Shown: piece after piece, positions 48,880-62,978 of the stretch
Layout: each line of letters starts with the position of its first letter
How positions within the stretch are numbered: position 1 is the stretch's first letter
Assembly (NCBI GenBank): GCA_951406725.2
Contig: OX597821.1
Location: 57,412,001 to 57,476,000 of the forward strand
Direction of reading: 5' to 3'
Source of the DNA: Octopus vulgaris
Taxonomy: Eukaryota
Length of the DNA: 64,000 bases
The notes under the pieces: generated by a model
The model's input: only the letters and a program-made list of their open reading frames with translations
Databases searched by the model: none
Told to the model about the DNA's origin: nothing
Translations under genes and position numbers: made by a program

Positions 48880-49375
48880 TATTATTACTATTATTATCAT
48901 TTTCATTAGCATCTTCTTTCAATTCTTTCCATTTCTTGCCGAGTGTCTTCCTGACAGAGAAAAAACTGAAGGGGAAGACTTACTTCCTGGAAAATTCCGA
49001 GGAAGCGAAGCACTTACTTCCTGGAAAGTTCCGAAGAAGGACTCACTTCCTGGAAAGTTCCGAGGAAGGGAAGGACTTACTTCCTGGAATGTTCCGAGGA
49101 GGGGGATTAATTACTTCCTGGAAAGTTCCGAGGAGGGGGTAGGAAGGGATAGCGGTCTTGTTGCCTATAGCCTACGGTACCATGCTGTCTGCTTTTTTCA
49201 ACTATCTAATACTCTTCTGATTATTCTGGCCATGCCAAGGAGGCAAACCTTTTGTAACAGTTCTGCTGGGCACTCTATTCCAGATTACTTTATATTACTC
49301 TTGATGCCTTCTGTACTGTCCCCAAAGACCCAACAATAATTGACACTATCTTCACCTTCTTCATTTTCCACAGCC
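48880..49375 (-). mobile_element. R4/Dong-like (RLE) non-LTR element, 3' end
   Basis: Minus-strand VKIVSIIVGSLGTV...GIECPAELLQKVCLLGMARIIRRVLDS*, the typical P..IGALG...LQK..LLG.ARI.R.VL terminus; 3' UTR ends in a degenerate (TAA)n. Confidence 0.75.
48978..49139. repeat. Five-copy ~34-bp minisatellite with core acttcctggaaagttccgagga
   Basis: Cores start at 48982, 49016, 49045, 49079 and 49113. Confidence 0.9.
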
Positions 49376-50049
49376 TGACTATTTTGTACTTAAGAGGATT
49401 GTGATGATTCGTGGGTCAAAGGGGAACACAACATCAACTGTATAGCACATGTGGTGCATCTTATCGACCACAACAAGGTCCGGTCTCTGTTATACCCTGC
49501 ACCTGTAGTAGTAGTAGTAGTAGTAGTAGCAGCAACAACAACAAGGTGAATGTAATTTTCGATTTAATGCCAGTACTCACAAGGATATTGCTTACGCAAG
49601 ATTTCATTCTATTAGGTATAGAATGTGTTTTTTAAAAATTACTGTGAATGCATAGTTGTCAATTTTTAGTCACTTTGTATATTTGTACCCCAGGCAAGTA
49701 AAGTATTTGCAAAAAATCATACAAACGTCTTCACTTTCTCAATAACCTTTTCTTGTCAAAGTTCTCCTTGAATGGACGATTAGACGTTAGTACTATCTCG
49801 CACTTTCACTCACTCTCTCTCTCTCACCCACACCTACACACATATGCGTTTGTGCCCTGCGTATGCGCGCGTGTTTATATCTGTGTGCATAAGTAATATG
49901 TATGTCTGCGTTTACAGATATGTAAGTACAAAATAAAATGAAAAGCAGCATGTGAAGTGTGCGGTAGAAGAGACAAACGCGCATGCACGTACGCACATGT
50001 ACAAAAACATGCATGTACTCATGTATACATATATGTATGCAACTGTCGT

Positions 50050-50083
50050 TTTATCTATCTACTTATCTGTCTGTCTATCACTG

Positions 50084-50155
<72 letters not shown>

Positions 50156-50530
50156 AATCAATCTATCTATCTATCAAACCAGCTGGTTATTTATATACAT
50201 CCATACAGAATTATATACATACATGCACGCAGGTATGCATGAATACATACATATCTACATACATGCATGTATACATACACACATATACATGCTTGCATAC
50301 ATACTTATATACATACTTGCATACATACATGCATACATACATACATGCCTACATACATGCATGCATATATACGTAGATGCATGCGTACATACAAGCATGC
50401 ATACATTCAAGCATGCATACATGTATGCACGCACATATACATATATGCATACATGCATGTATACACGTATAAATATATACACATATATACATGTATACAT
50501 ATATACATGTATACATGTATACATTCATAC
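50050..50530. repeat. (TATC)n plus degenerate (TACA/TGCA)n microsatellite
   Basis: Directly visible. Confidence 0.9.
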
Positions 50531-50669
50531 ATTTCAAATAATTAAAAACAGAAGAGAACATATATATATTCTGAAGTTGTTATCTACTCCCTAGCGTTGG
50601 AATTTCGCATCTTTGTTATAGACCAGAACCTTTCTTTGAGAAAGAATTGAAAAAACAACAACATCGATA

Positions 50670-50854
50670 TAGGCGTGGCTCTGTGGTAGAAAGCTTACTT
50701 TCTAACCACATGACATCGGGTTCAGTCCCACTGCGTGGTGCCTTCCGCAAGTTTCCGTCTTGCAAAGCCTTGCAAGTGTTTTGGGTGACGGAAACTGAAA
50801 GAAGACTGTCGTATATGTGTGTACGTATATATGCGTGTATCTATGTACGTGTGC

Positions 50855-50898
<44 letters not shown>

Positions 50899-51676
50899 GT
50901 ACACACACACACATGTATATATATTCACACGCACATATATATGAGTGACTATCTGCGTTTGTCTCCTGCCACTGTTTGACGACCAGTGTTGATGTGTTTA
51001 CACACCCGTAACATGGCGATAGGATAAGTACCAGGCTTAAAAAAGTAAATACTGTGGTCTAAATATTCTTCAAGGCGGTGCCCCAGCATGGCAGCAGGCT
51101 AATCTTTGCAACTAGTAAAAGATGAAAGATACATGAGTACGAAAATATAGGAGTAGTTGTGTGGTAAGAAGCTTGCTTCCCAACCACATGGCTCTTGGTT
51201 CAGTCCCACTACGTGGCACCTTGGGCAAGTGTCTTTTAGTATAGCCTCAGTTCGACCAAAGCCTTTTGAGTAAATTTGGTAGACGGAAACTGAAAGAAGC
51301 CCGTCGTGTATATTCCTTGTTTCTCTCCTTGTTTTTTCTGTGTCCCTTTCTGTAGAAGAGCGTAGGTTCGAAACGTAAAATACTTTTTCTATTCCTGAGC
51401 GTTATACTAATACATCTGTTTGTTTTGTACACCACCTGTCTTCGTCTTTTGTTTTTTTCGTAAGCTCTCCCTATATATAAATATATATTTGTGTGTGTTT
51501 CCCCCCATCATCATCGCTCGACACCAATGCTGGTGTGTTAACGTCCCCCGGTTCTGCAAAAGCGACCGATAGATAGGCTTACAAGAAATAAGTCTTGGAG
51601 TCTATTTGTTCGACTAAAGGCAGTGCTCCAGAATGGCCGCTGTCAAATGACTGAAATAAGTAAAAGAATAAAAGAA
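50670..51676 (+). mobile_element. Two SINE A copies (50670-51130 and 51148-51676); the second contains a PLE-like insert at ~51312-51471
   Basis: Family-A halves; the insert carries a hammerhead-like gagcgtaggttc-GAAAC-GTA motif. Confidence 0.8.
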
Positions 51677-52126
51677 TGTGTGTGTGTGTGTGCGTGTGTG
51701 TGAGCATTCGCCTGTATGCCTCTTCTGCCGTACGTCCTCACAGACTTACTTACTGGCTAACTTGCTAGGTAGACATAGACGGTTAGATAGTAAATTGAAC
51801 AGACTATTTTTCGATTAGTTTTCCGTGCAGTTTAATTAGTTGCAGGCATGACTTACCAAATAAATTGTTGTTTTGATTTTCTATCTAAACAAACGCAAAG
51901 ACAATTTTTCGATCATTTGTGTGTCATCCAACTTTTAGGAGATATAACGGGACTATTGCTGTTACGTTTAAACATCGAACCGCATCGAAAGTAAAGCCAG
52001 CAAAGATTCTCTTACCAACGCAAAACAATCTCTACCTCCGATATGCGGTTTTGCCTCTTTGTCGCTGTTATGTAAAACTCTTTAAAAAATGTTAAAGACT
52101 TTAAAGAGATTTATTAAGTTAAATTA

Positions 52127-52678
52127 CGAGGGTGAATCAAACAGTAATGCCATTTCGTTTAGGACAGGTATAATTACCAACACAGGAACATGTATCATAC
52201 ATCAAAATTTAGAACATGTATCATACATCAAAATACATCCCTACTTCTCAACATAGCCACTGTTTCTCTCAATAACAATGTTCCACCTTCGAATGAGAGC
52301 ATGTATCACTGCCCCGTAAAATTCTGTTGACTGTTCTTTGAGCCACTTCTTCACTACCTCTACACTCACCAGATTTAGCGCCTTCAGACTATCATCTCTT
52401 CGGCGTCACGAAAGAGGGTTAACATTATTCCAGTGACAAGGAAGTGAAAACTGTAGTGAAGAAGTGGCTCAAAGAACAGTCAACAGAATTTTACGGGGCA
52501 GGGATACATGTTCTCCTTCAAAGGTGAAACATTGCTATTGAGAGAAACGGTGACTATGTTGAGAAGTAGGGATGTGATCCACATTGGACCAGCTCCATTT
52601 TGATGTATGGTACATGTTCCTGTGTTAGTAATTATACCTGTCCTAAACAAAATGGCATTACTTTTTGACTCACCCTCG
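52127..52678. mobile_element. mariner-derived MITE built from two inverted 3' ends
   Basis: TA-cgagggtgaatcaaacagtaatgcc...ggcattactttttgactcaccctcg-TA; arms of ~225 bp; the right arm encodes mariner C-terminal pieces SPDLAPSDYHL...EVKTVVKKWLKEQSTEFY...NGDYVEK*. Confidence 0.9.
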
Positions 52679-52867
52679 TACATGGATTACAAAAAAGAAA
52701 TGTCACCTTGTATAGTTTATGGATAGCTCTGTGTTTGTTTGCAGGTAAGATCTATCATGGCTGCCTGCCTGTCTCCTTCAGGATCCCCGAGGCTTGCCTG
52801 AGAGTTTGATATTCATTAGATAACATTAATAACACATAGCTCAAATTTAATGAGTGGCACAACAATA

Positions 52868-53190
52868 ACTGGCACTCTATCGGATACGACGACGTGGGTT
52901 GCAGTTGATCCAATTGACGGAACAGCCTGCTCGTGAAATTAACGCGCAAGTAGCTGATCCTTCCATAAACACACGTTAGCTCAATGTAGATTTCAGGGAG
53001 ATTTCGCGTGGCACTGAACGTGAGAAGGCCGGTCCTTTAAAGTATAGGCACAACTCATTTTTGCCTGCTAAATGGATTGGAGTAACGTGAAATAAAGCGT
53101 CTTGCTCAAGGACACAACACGTCGCCGGGAATCGAACTCACAAACATACGTCCACGAGTCGATTACCCTAACCACTAAACCAAGCGCCTT
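52868..53190 (-). mobile_element. SINE family C
   Basis: Family similarity; head ggcgcttggtttagtggttagggtaatcg. Confidence 0.85.
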
Positions 53191-53837
53191 TACAGCATGA
53201 AACTAAAATGACGGTTAATGGAGTACGATTTTAAGATACAAACTGCCGGTCAATGATATTATCCCAGTTACTTCAATCAGTCGACTAAAATCGTCCTCGC
53301 AGCGGCATGCGAGAACACCAGGTGTACATAGGTTTTTGATAAGCCTTGTCAATGGCATGTACTCTTCGCCAGCCACATGCTTAGAAGAGATTTCTCGCCT
53401 CCGACATAGGAAATAATGAATAATATATTCGCTGATAACTATCCAGTTCAGTGGCCATTTGCAATATAAGGGAATTTATTATTCAACGTTTCCTATATCG
53501 AAAGCGACAAATCTTATCGAGGCATTTGATTGGATGTAAGTACACGTCACTGACAAAATCTAATAAAACCGAAATGAACCTGATGTTGTTGCTAGCCGCT
53601 TCCAGCATGATTCTTCGTCTCTCTCGAAATTACATATTGTGTTAATTAACACATTCTTATAAGAGGTTTTATCTCGAACGAAAACCATAATAACCTGCTT
53701 ATCAACGGTATATATGCATTGGATATGACACGTAGATGGCTGTTTTTATTTAATACTGCTTCAATGGCGTATATTTTACACACACGCACACACATAATAC
53801 ATACACTCACCACATACACACACACATATATATATAC

Positions 53838-53885
<48 letters not shown>

Positions 53886-54243
53886 TCAATAGGTGTGCTA
53901 AAGAGATGCTCAGTATAGAAAACACGTAATGTTCAAATGATTTGAAATTACTCTCCGGAATATTTAACGAGGACTAAAGTCCATGGAATAAGGAGTGGCT
54001 ATAAGAGAAATCCAGGGGAAATGATATGGAGATGATGATGCACACTTCATCTGCTAACATTACAACTATAACATAATTCCGCCCCCCAGAAACAGCTGTC
54101 GGACCCGAAATGCTATGCACTCTCCCCATAGTTTTTTTGCATTTTTTGCACTCCATGTAATTCTGTCCTGCAAGCATATGAATATCTATAATGCTTATGA
54201 ATGTTCATTCTTCAGAATATTTTCAGTTTTTGTTTCTTCCAAG

Positions 54244-54312
<69 letters not shown>

Positions 54313-54317
<5 letters not shown>

Positions 54318-54489
54318 GCTCAGTCGAAGTTGACTCTCGGTCACTCGTTGGATCAGTGTCCTCCAGTCAGTTCTATCCTGGGTCGCTTCTTTCAGATTGG
54401 CTATGTCCATTCCGGTATCACTCTTGATGGTGTCAAGCCAGCGGGTTCTTGGTCGGACTCTTCCTCTCTTGCCACACTGACCATTCCGA

Positions 54490-54493
<4 letters not shown>
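54313..54493 (-). mobile_element. RTE (BovB-like) LINE 3' end with (GA)n tail
   Basis: [59 protein letters not shown]. Confidence 0.85.
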
Positions 54494-55730
<1,237 letters not shown>

Positions 55731-55744
55731 TATATATGATCTTG

Positions 55745-56505
55745 CAGATAAATTGAGGCACAAGCTGATGGATGACAGCCGATTGGCTATAAAGCAAATA
55801 ACCAATGTTATTAGCATGTCCCGTGAGAGAGTGGAGAATATTCGGCGCAATGCACTTCGCATGACGAAGGTTTCTACTCGGTGGGTACCACGTTTTTTCA
55901 CCCCACGGAAAAAATCTGACATTGTTTCAGGCAAATCCAGCTGGATGAGTGTTGACTTTATCACTGAGCCAAAGAGAAAGAAATATTCCATGCAGAGGAA
56001 ACACCCCCGCTCACTTGCTCGAAAGAAGGCCAAGGTCCTTTCATCTGCGGGGAGGGTGACGATCTCAGTTTTGGGTGATGTATTGTGCTTATTGACTTTC
56101 TTGAAAATGCCAAACCATCAATGAAGAGCACGATGTCAAATTGCTGAGACAGTTACGAAAAGCTGTCAAGTCCAAACACCTTGGATAACTGACGGAAGGA
56201 GTCTTGTTTCATCAGGACAATGCTCCAACACGCAAAATCTTAGTTTCAATGGCTGCCGAGCGTGACTGTGGTTTGAACTGGTTATCACTGTCGCTGTCCT
56301 CTTGATTTGGCTGGGAATCTGTATCGTACTAATGATGACTTTTTTTTACCAACAGGATGGAAGCTTCTTAACCAATGAGATCCAAGCACGGCAACACCGA
56401 TGGAAATAGTGTGGGGACCGCAAGAGGGTGTCTGTGTTGAAAAATAAACCTCTTAAACTCATTCGTGAGAATATCTTAGCCTATGAACTTCTCAGCCGAC
56501 ACTCG
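55745..56505 (+). mobile_element. mariner (DD34D) transposon 3' part, decayed
   Basis: MTKVSTRWVPR...SMQRKHP...KKAKVLSSAGRV...GVLFHQDNAPTRK; right TIR gaacttctcagccgacactcg-TA. Confidence 0.85.
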
Positions 56506-56515
56506 TAATTATGTA

Positions 56516-56559
<44 letters not shown>

Positions 56560-56702
56560 GGATTTAGTTCACATGTAATTTAAAGGAATAGATACGCTGA
56601 GTAAGTGCCATAGTTGGTCGGCCGTTAGGTTCCAAGATCACAGCTAAAGCTGGATCTAGGGATCCGTATTAGGGTTCCTTTATAGCATGTATGTATTATA
56701 TC

Positions 56703-57245
56703 AGAGGAAAAATCAAAACCAAGTCTGAACGAATATCTCAAGTCATTTAAAATAAATTCATTCGAGTAAGGTGAATTTGAAGTTAAAATCCAGGTGATAT
56801 TTTGGCAGTATTTTGAATGAGGTATTCCTATTGTAAATGTGTATATAGAGCGAGAAAGTAAGATAGACATAAGTGGATTTTGTGAGTGAGAGTATATAGG
56901 AGAGAGAGGATTTTTACTAAGGACCTGTGCCTTCATGAAAGTACTGACCAACATTCATATCTTCTGAAAATAGATGGCTTGTGAACATTATTCTCCTGCC
57001 TATATTCTAACAACCATTACTCTTTATCCTTCTATTTTATTCCGTATAGGAATCGTAAAATTTCCCCGTCTAGAATATTCATACCTTGTCTCTGATGACG
57101 GAATACCCAGTGCATGGACATGCTAACAAACTACTTAGTTTAACCCAGAAACGGTTGTAAGACTTCAAATTCACCTTACCCCAATTAAATTATTCTAAAT
57201 GACTTGAGATACTCGTTCAGCCTAGGTTTTGATTTTTCATGTAAT
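56703..57245 (+). mobile_element. PLE terminal-repeat remnant with inverted partial copy
   Basis: 56703-56783 is the imperfect reverse complement of 57162-57241; hammerhead motif at 57088-57163. Confidence 0.7.
57088..57163 (+). ncRNA. Type I hammerhead ribozyme motif with decayed stem II
   Basis: GTCT-CTGATGA-...-GAAA-C-GGTT-G-TA-AGAC; stem I gtct/agac and the core are intact, stem II closing pairs are poor. Confidence 0.6.
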
Positions 57246-57914
57246 ATAACAGAAAGTAGTGCTCGCTATCATGAATATATTATCAACATATGAACGTATT
57301 TATGAATGTGCTACACACACAAATATATTTAGATAAATATGTTACATAACTTTTTGAACGTTAGTCGTTTATATTATTTCTTATTCAAATACATACATAC
57401 CGTCTTTGTTACAATCACTTTCATGTCAAAAACTCAGTATGCAATATATGCGAGTCACGAAAATGTTTAAATAGTTTCTTACTGATCGACAAATGAACAA
57501 TAAACGTATTACTAAATGTTCCTAAACTGTAACCAATTTCTTAACGGGAAGCGAAGATGACAACCTAGTTATTCTATGTATTACCCAGAAAATAGGGAAA
57601 TGTGTTGAAAGTTATGTAATGGAGTCACATGCTACATAGGTTGTATATTTCTTAAATTGATTTTATCTCCATAAATTATCTCAATACAGGTAGCATGAAA
57701 CGAATTGGAGAAGTAAAATAAAGTTATTTGCAACACAAAAGAAAAGTATTTTTCTTATCAATCAACAGAGTTGGTAATTGTTGTCTACAACAGCACTTTC
57801 TTTCGAAATCGATATCTTTATTGGTGTAAATCTTCCGACGAACGTGTTTAATTCTTACATAGTGATTATTTCATTAATTTACTGTTGCTTCTCTCACATG
57901 CAGCAACCAACCGT

Positions 57915-58152
57915 GGCCACCACCACAAACTTTGCCAACACTGCAGCTTCCATCGTCATCGTAATTATCATTATTGTTTTTGTCGTCGTCGTCGTCGTCG
58001 CCATCATCATCGTCATCATCATTATTACCAGCATCATCACTATAGTCACCTCATCATCACCAACGCCATCGTCTTAATTCTCACCACAAGCCATCATCAC
58101 CAACACCGTCATCGCCCCCACCATTATCACCACCACCGTCACCACCACCTCA
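57915..58152. repeat. Degenerate (CAT/CAC/CGT)n trinucleotide tract
   Basis: Directly visible. Confidence 0.85.
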
Positions 58153-58895
58153 TTGATAATTTTTTCCTCTTTTCACACTTTCCCTCTTTGCTGACCTTCA
58201 AACTTAATCATTCTCCATTGTTCTTGGCTTTCTCCTTTCTTTAATCTATTTAAAATAACGTCTTTTAGTAATTTTCTGTTTTCGCAGTTATCGACTGAAC
58301 GGTGAATATGGACACCTACATTAAATCGACACAAAATACCTCCATCATTACAAATCTTAATTGAAAGGCGTTAATTTTTAAAGACTCAAACTATAGCTGA
58401 TTAATATTTAGAGAATGAATAATTCCGTGTTGCTATCGATCTTGAACTAGAAAGAAAGACTGTTCGATTTTCATTCGTGATGGCCGAGATTTCGATATAC
58501 TCTCATTTGTCATGGATGTTATTCACTGAATTCAAACCCGCATTGTGATTTATGGCCTAATGTTGAAACCTTTAAATGATTGGTTGAATCTTCCTTCATT
58601 CATATTTAACTCTGTCGTTGGTATTTGGATTAGCCTCAAAAGGGAAGCAGAAATTACCTCGATAGCTGAGCGTAGTGATTCATGAGTTTGCTAACGCTTT
58701 AACAGAATTCCTTGTTTTTTCACCTCAAGTGAGAATACAAAGACATCAATGCGTTTATTTGACCCGTAAGAAAAGTGTCGACCGTTGCAGTGTTGATTTT
58801 ATAAAGCATCATAGCATTTATTTTTAACTTTTAAGGGATAAAGAGAGAAAATAAATGCGATTTATGTATTCTTAGAGCATTAATTTATTAAATCA

Positions 58896-59412
58896 CTAGC
58901 AGTATCGCCCGGCGTTGCTCCGGTTTGTAAGGGAAATAACTATATAAGCATTTTTAGAGAGTTACTTCCCTTATAGATGCCAATTCGGGCTTTCTTAGCC
59001 ATTTCTCTTTTGGTGTCTTCAAGCCATGAAGTCGTTGTTCTAAAAGAACGCTGGTCTCCTTGACAACGCTTTACGACGTTGATTTCCTTACACTCCCTTC
59101 CCCACAGCTTCACGAGGGAGGGAAGAAGGGGAAGAAGCAAACACATGTGCAGGTGTTTGAGCGTGGACGCCAACTCCACCGCCATCGACACACGAAAAAT
59201 TATGCATTGAAATGGAATAAAAAATGATGTTAAATTATTTTTAAAATCGTAGACTCATCGTAGACGCGCGCTAATAGCCAGACGGGCTCGATATGAATCA
59301 CGACTATAAGATACCCGAATTTGGTTAAACTGCACCGCAAAATGTGGGAGGAGTTAGGAATCTAAATCGAAGGGGACAGACACTCACACAACTACAGTTT
59401 TATATATATAGA
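58896..59412 (-). mobile_element. Non-autonomous Helitron, near-identical to 24495-25007
   Basis: A|TC...hairpin...CTAG|T on the minus strand; no TSD. Confidence 0.9.
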
Positions 59413-60259
59413 TTTGGATTAAATCCGAGAATGCCGTATGATGAAATAAGAATTATTTGAACACTATTTCTTTTTAAGAATAACTATTGTGAATAACTGT
59501 TTAAGAATAACACGTAGTGTGCCCTGGTGGCTTGTACTTTTAAAGGAGATGATAATTTCTAAATCACTCATGGTAAGACTCGATGTTTGAATTTTAAATC
59601 GCAGAGCTAAGAAGATGCGTTGGATATGCGTATCTTGTATTCTTCCCTTACTTATGACAAAGATCTTAAAATGTCTTGTCATAGGCAATCATATTTTATA
59701 CCATTTCATTCTTAAAATCGTCAACATGACATGACCTGAGGCAAATAAATTAAACTAAATTAAATATTTTACGAAGTGAAACATTTCTTATAGATGGAAT
59801 AATTATAAAATTACAGTAAATTATATTTACAATATGCACAGAAATTACCCCTTAATATAAACCCTTGTTTAGTGATGCTCTAAACAAATAAATGTTTTTT
59901 AAAAGTACTGTAGGAGGTCAGAGTAAATAAAATGTAGCCATTTTATTTTTAAAGACGAATAATAAGCAAGACTAAAATTATAGAAAACAAATTTGGTTTG
60001 TCAGAAATTAGTGTAAGGCAACAACAGACAAATTTTCTGCTTCGTTTCACATATAAACGTGATTTCACTTCTCTCGCGCTGCCAAAATAGGACGATTACC
60101 CTTCTCCCAATTCTTTATACATAAGGTATTGTAGCAATACACAAATTATGTGGTTTAAAATAACCATCTATGTCTCATATTTAATGTCGAGAGACCAGTT
60201 ACTACAGTATTTGTCTTGAGATAACATCTTCACGTGGACTAGCGGTGTTAAAAGCACAA

Positions 60260-60305
<46 letters not shown>

Positions 60306-61224
60306 AAGAGATAGAGAGAGGAATTCTTCCCAACAATGGCCAGTAACAAGATGCATTTCTGCCGTTTTGACCCTTTTCGATTGTGCATACTCACAGTCAT
60401 TCAAATGCTTGAAAGAGAATTCACCGTCTCTGATATAGGAAACAGTGAACAAAACATTAACTGATTTTGGGAATAGTTGCCCAGTTGAATAAAAATTCAG
60501 TATATGCAATTGCAGCAGTATTTAATTAAAATAGCCATGTATGCATTATGCTTAATGCATACATACTATCAGAAAGCCAGCTACTGTAGTATTTATCCTT
60601 AGCATCTCTTATGTTCTAACGATGTTAAAACTACAGTTACAACAAACAGCTACACTATAATATTTCAACCAAGTAAAACTGAAAACTTAAATGTCGAGCG
60701 CGTAGTCAAGCTACATACAAAATTATACTGCCAAGTTATCTTTCCACACAAAGTCATCATGAAAGAAATTCACTATCATTGTTCATCACTTGTTTTTATC
60801 AATTAATGGAGAAATGTTTTTCAATAGTGAATCTCTTGTTTTTCGAGCATTTTGCTCAGAGGAATTATTTTGCTGACATTTTTTTCTTATGTAATAATAT
60901 TGCAAGTAAAAACAGTATTAGATATATAAAGATTTCATTTTGCTACATTTTAAGTCAGAGGAAACAAGATGTTATGAGAAAATGGAACATTTTCGGATAA
61001 ACAACTTTAGTGTAATTTTATTCGACGATATACATATATATACATACATATAGTATTATATTATATGTTATATATAAGAATCAGCGATGATAGTAAAAAG
61101 ATGTCACAATCAGTCATTCAAGCCATCGATATTTGTAATGTGTGTACGCGCTCACAGTCGTTTTTAACCGTAAATGGTGGGAGAATTACTATTAGCAAGT
61201 AAGGAATTATTTACTTCAAACTTC

Positions 61225-61430
61225 AGGGTGAAGAGGTGGCAGATACGTTAGCACGTCTGACGAGATGCTTAGTGGCATTTCTTTCAACTCATTACGTTCC
61301 AAATTCAAATTCGGCTGGGGTCATTTTTGTTTCTCATTCTTTCGGGGTCGACACAAATAACATGCCAATCACGTACAGGGGTTGATGTAATCGATTTTTT
61401 TTCTCCCCGCAAACTTGTTGGCCTTCTACC
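61225..61430 (+). mobile_element. Diverged SINE B
   Basis: ggcagatacgttagcacgtctgacgagatgcttag...ttcggggtcgac...gatgtaatcga. Confidence 0.7.
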
Positions 61431-61714
61431 AGCAACTTTCATGAGTAATTCCGAGAAAACTTTTCCCAGATACATAAATTGAAGTCAAATCGTCATAGGG
61501 AGATCTACCGCTTCATACGTCTTGCAAATCAATACCACTACCACCATACACATTCACACATACATAAGTATGACAAAAAGAACTCTAATATAAAAGCATG
61601 GAATATTTTTGTAATTCTGTGATAAAATATAAAGGAAAGACATCAATCATCATTCGTTCAATCCATCACTCTTGGTAACATACACAGGCACGTGTGTGTA
61701 TGTATCTATGTATG

Positions 61715-62124
61715 TCATTATTCAGTTTTATTTCAAGATTTCTTGTCTATAGAGTAAGAGCCGGTTTCTAACCTAGATCCAAGGCTCCTTCATTAGGATT
61801 TCAACATCATCAACAGGATATTTTTGTTTGTATGTATGTATATGTGCAGATTTGTATGTTTTGCTTTATGTGTGTATTCTCATGCATACAGTTGCATATC
61901 TAGACATGTTCATATATATTTAAATGATAAACTTCTGGAAAGTTTTACAAATTTTTACAGTTCCAGTGATGGATTGGATCTGTTGTCTTCGAATTAGCTT
62001 TCTCCTTTCTGGTTTTGAGAAGCCTAATTTCTCAAGATTAGTATTTAGGCAGTGTGCTACATATCCCAAGGCCCCTATAATTACAGGTATAAATCTGAAG
62101 TTGTAATCTGGAAAGAGTAACTGT
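61715..62124 (-). mobile_element. R4/Dong-like (RLE) non-LTR element 3' end in a (TACA)n tract
   Basis: IQLLFPDYNFRFIPVIIGALGYVAHCLNTNLEKLGF...GTVKICKTFQKFII* plus ~200-bp 3' UTR; (TGTA)n-like sequence at both junctions. Confidence 0.75.
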
Positions 62125-62285
62125 ATGCATGTATGTATGTCTGTATGCTGAGAATCGTATGAAGGCACCAGATGTATTATGAAATGCTGTCCGAGTTCTC
62201 TGCATAGCATGAAACTCTTAGCACTTGAAAAAGGAATACATTTTTGTTGACCTTACTGTCACAGAACAGTACACTATACATACAT

Positions 62286-62323
<38 letters not shown>

Positions 62324-62649
62324 GGTTTGGAGATGATCTACAGGTATTTTATATTAGAAATGAAGTACTCAGAAATTCGGATGGTTTTATATTTACAGAT
62401 ATTTATTTGTATATTACATGTTTTTATACACCATATATCATATATTAGAGTTTTCGTCCATTCTAGTGGAGTTTTCAAATTATATATATATATAGTAGAA
62501 TAATAAAAAGAAAGTTCTTGGTACAGTATTTTAAATTTGAAAAAATGAGTAGAGATGACATCTTGGGAGAATAATTTTATTCTAATAATAATGTTTATAA
62601 TGATTCATAATAATTTTATCTTAGTTTTGGTTTAGCTTCTTGTAGAGGA

Positions 62650-62880
62650 AATGTAAATCCAACATATCTAAAAATCAATTGGAAGCATTAAAAAGTTCAC
62701 AAAAAGACTCTTCGATAATTTCCAAAGAAGCTGACAAAGGAAGGGCAATCATGGACAAGAGCCGTTTCAGTGATATGGTTATGGAACAACTTAATGACCA
62801 ACACATGAAGCTAAACCAAAACGTGATTAAAAATACTATAACCTACTGTAAACATTATTATTTAAATAAAAATTATACCC
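62650..62880 (+). mobile_element. Penelope-like RT N-terminal (DKG) remnant
   Basis: SNISKNQLEALKSSQKDSSIISKEADKGRAIMDKSRFSDMVMEQLND contains the PLE-typical II.K.ADKG motif. Confidence 0.7.
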
Positions 62881-62906
62881 CCCACAAAAACTCATCTCAT
62901 TTTTTT

Positions 62907-62978
<72 letters not shown>

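Noticed and set aside
48978-49139. CRISPR-like repeat/spacer appearance
   Set aside because: Spacers are only ~7-12 bp and related to each other, there are no cas genes, and the context is eukaryotic; it is a minisatellite.
57778-58244. His-rich and Ile/Val-rich ORFs
   Set aside because: They are translations of a degenerate trinucleotide repeat.
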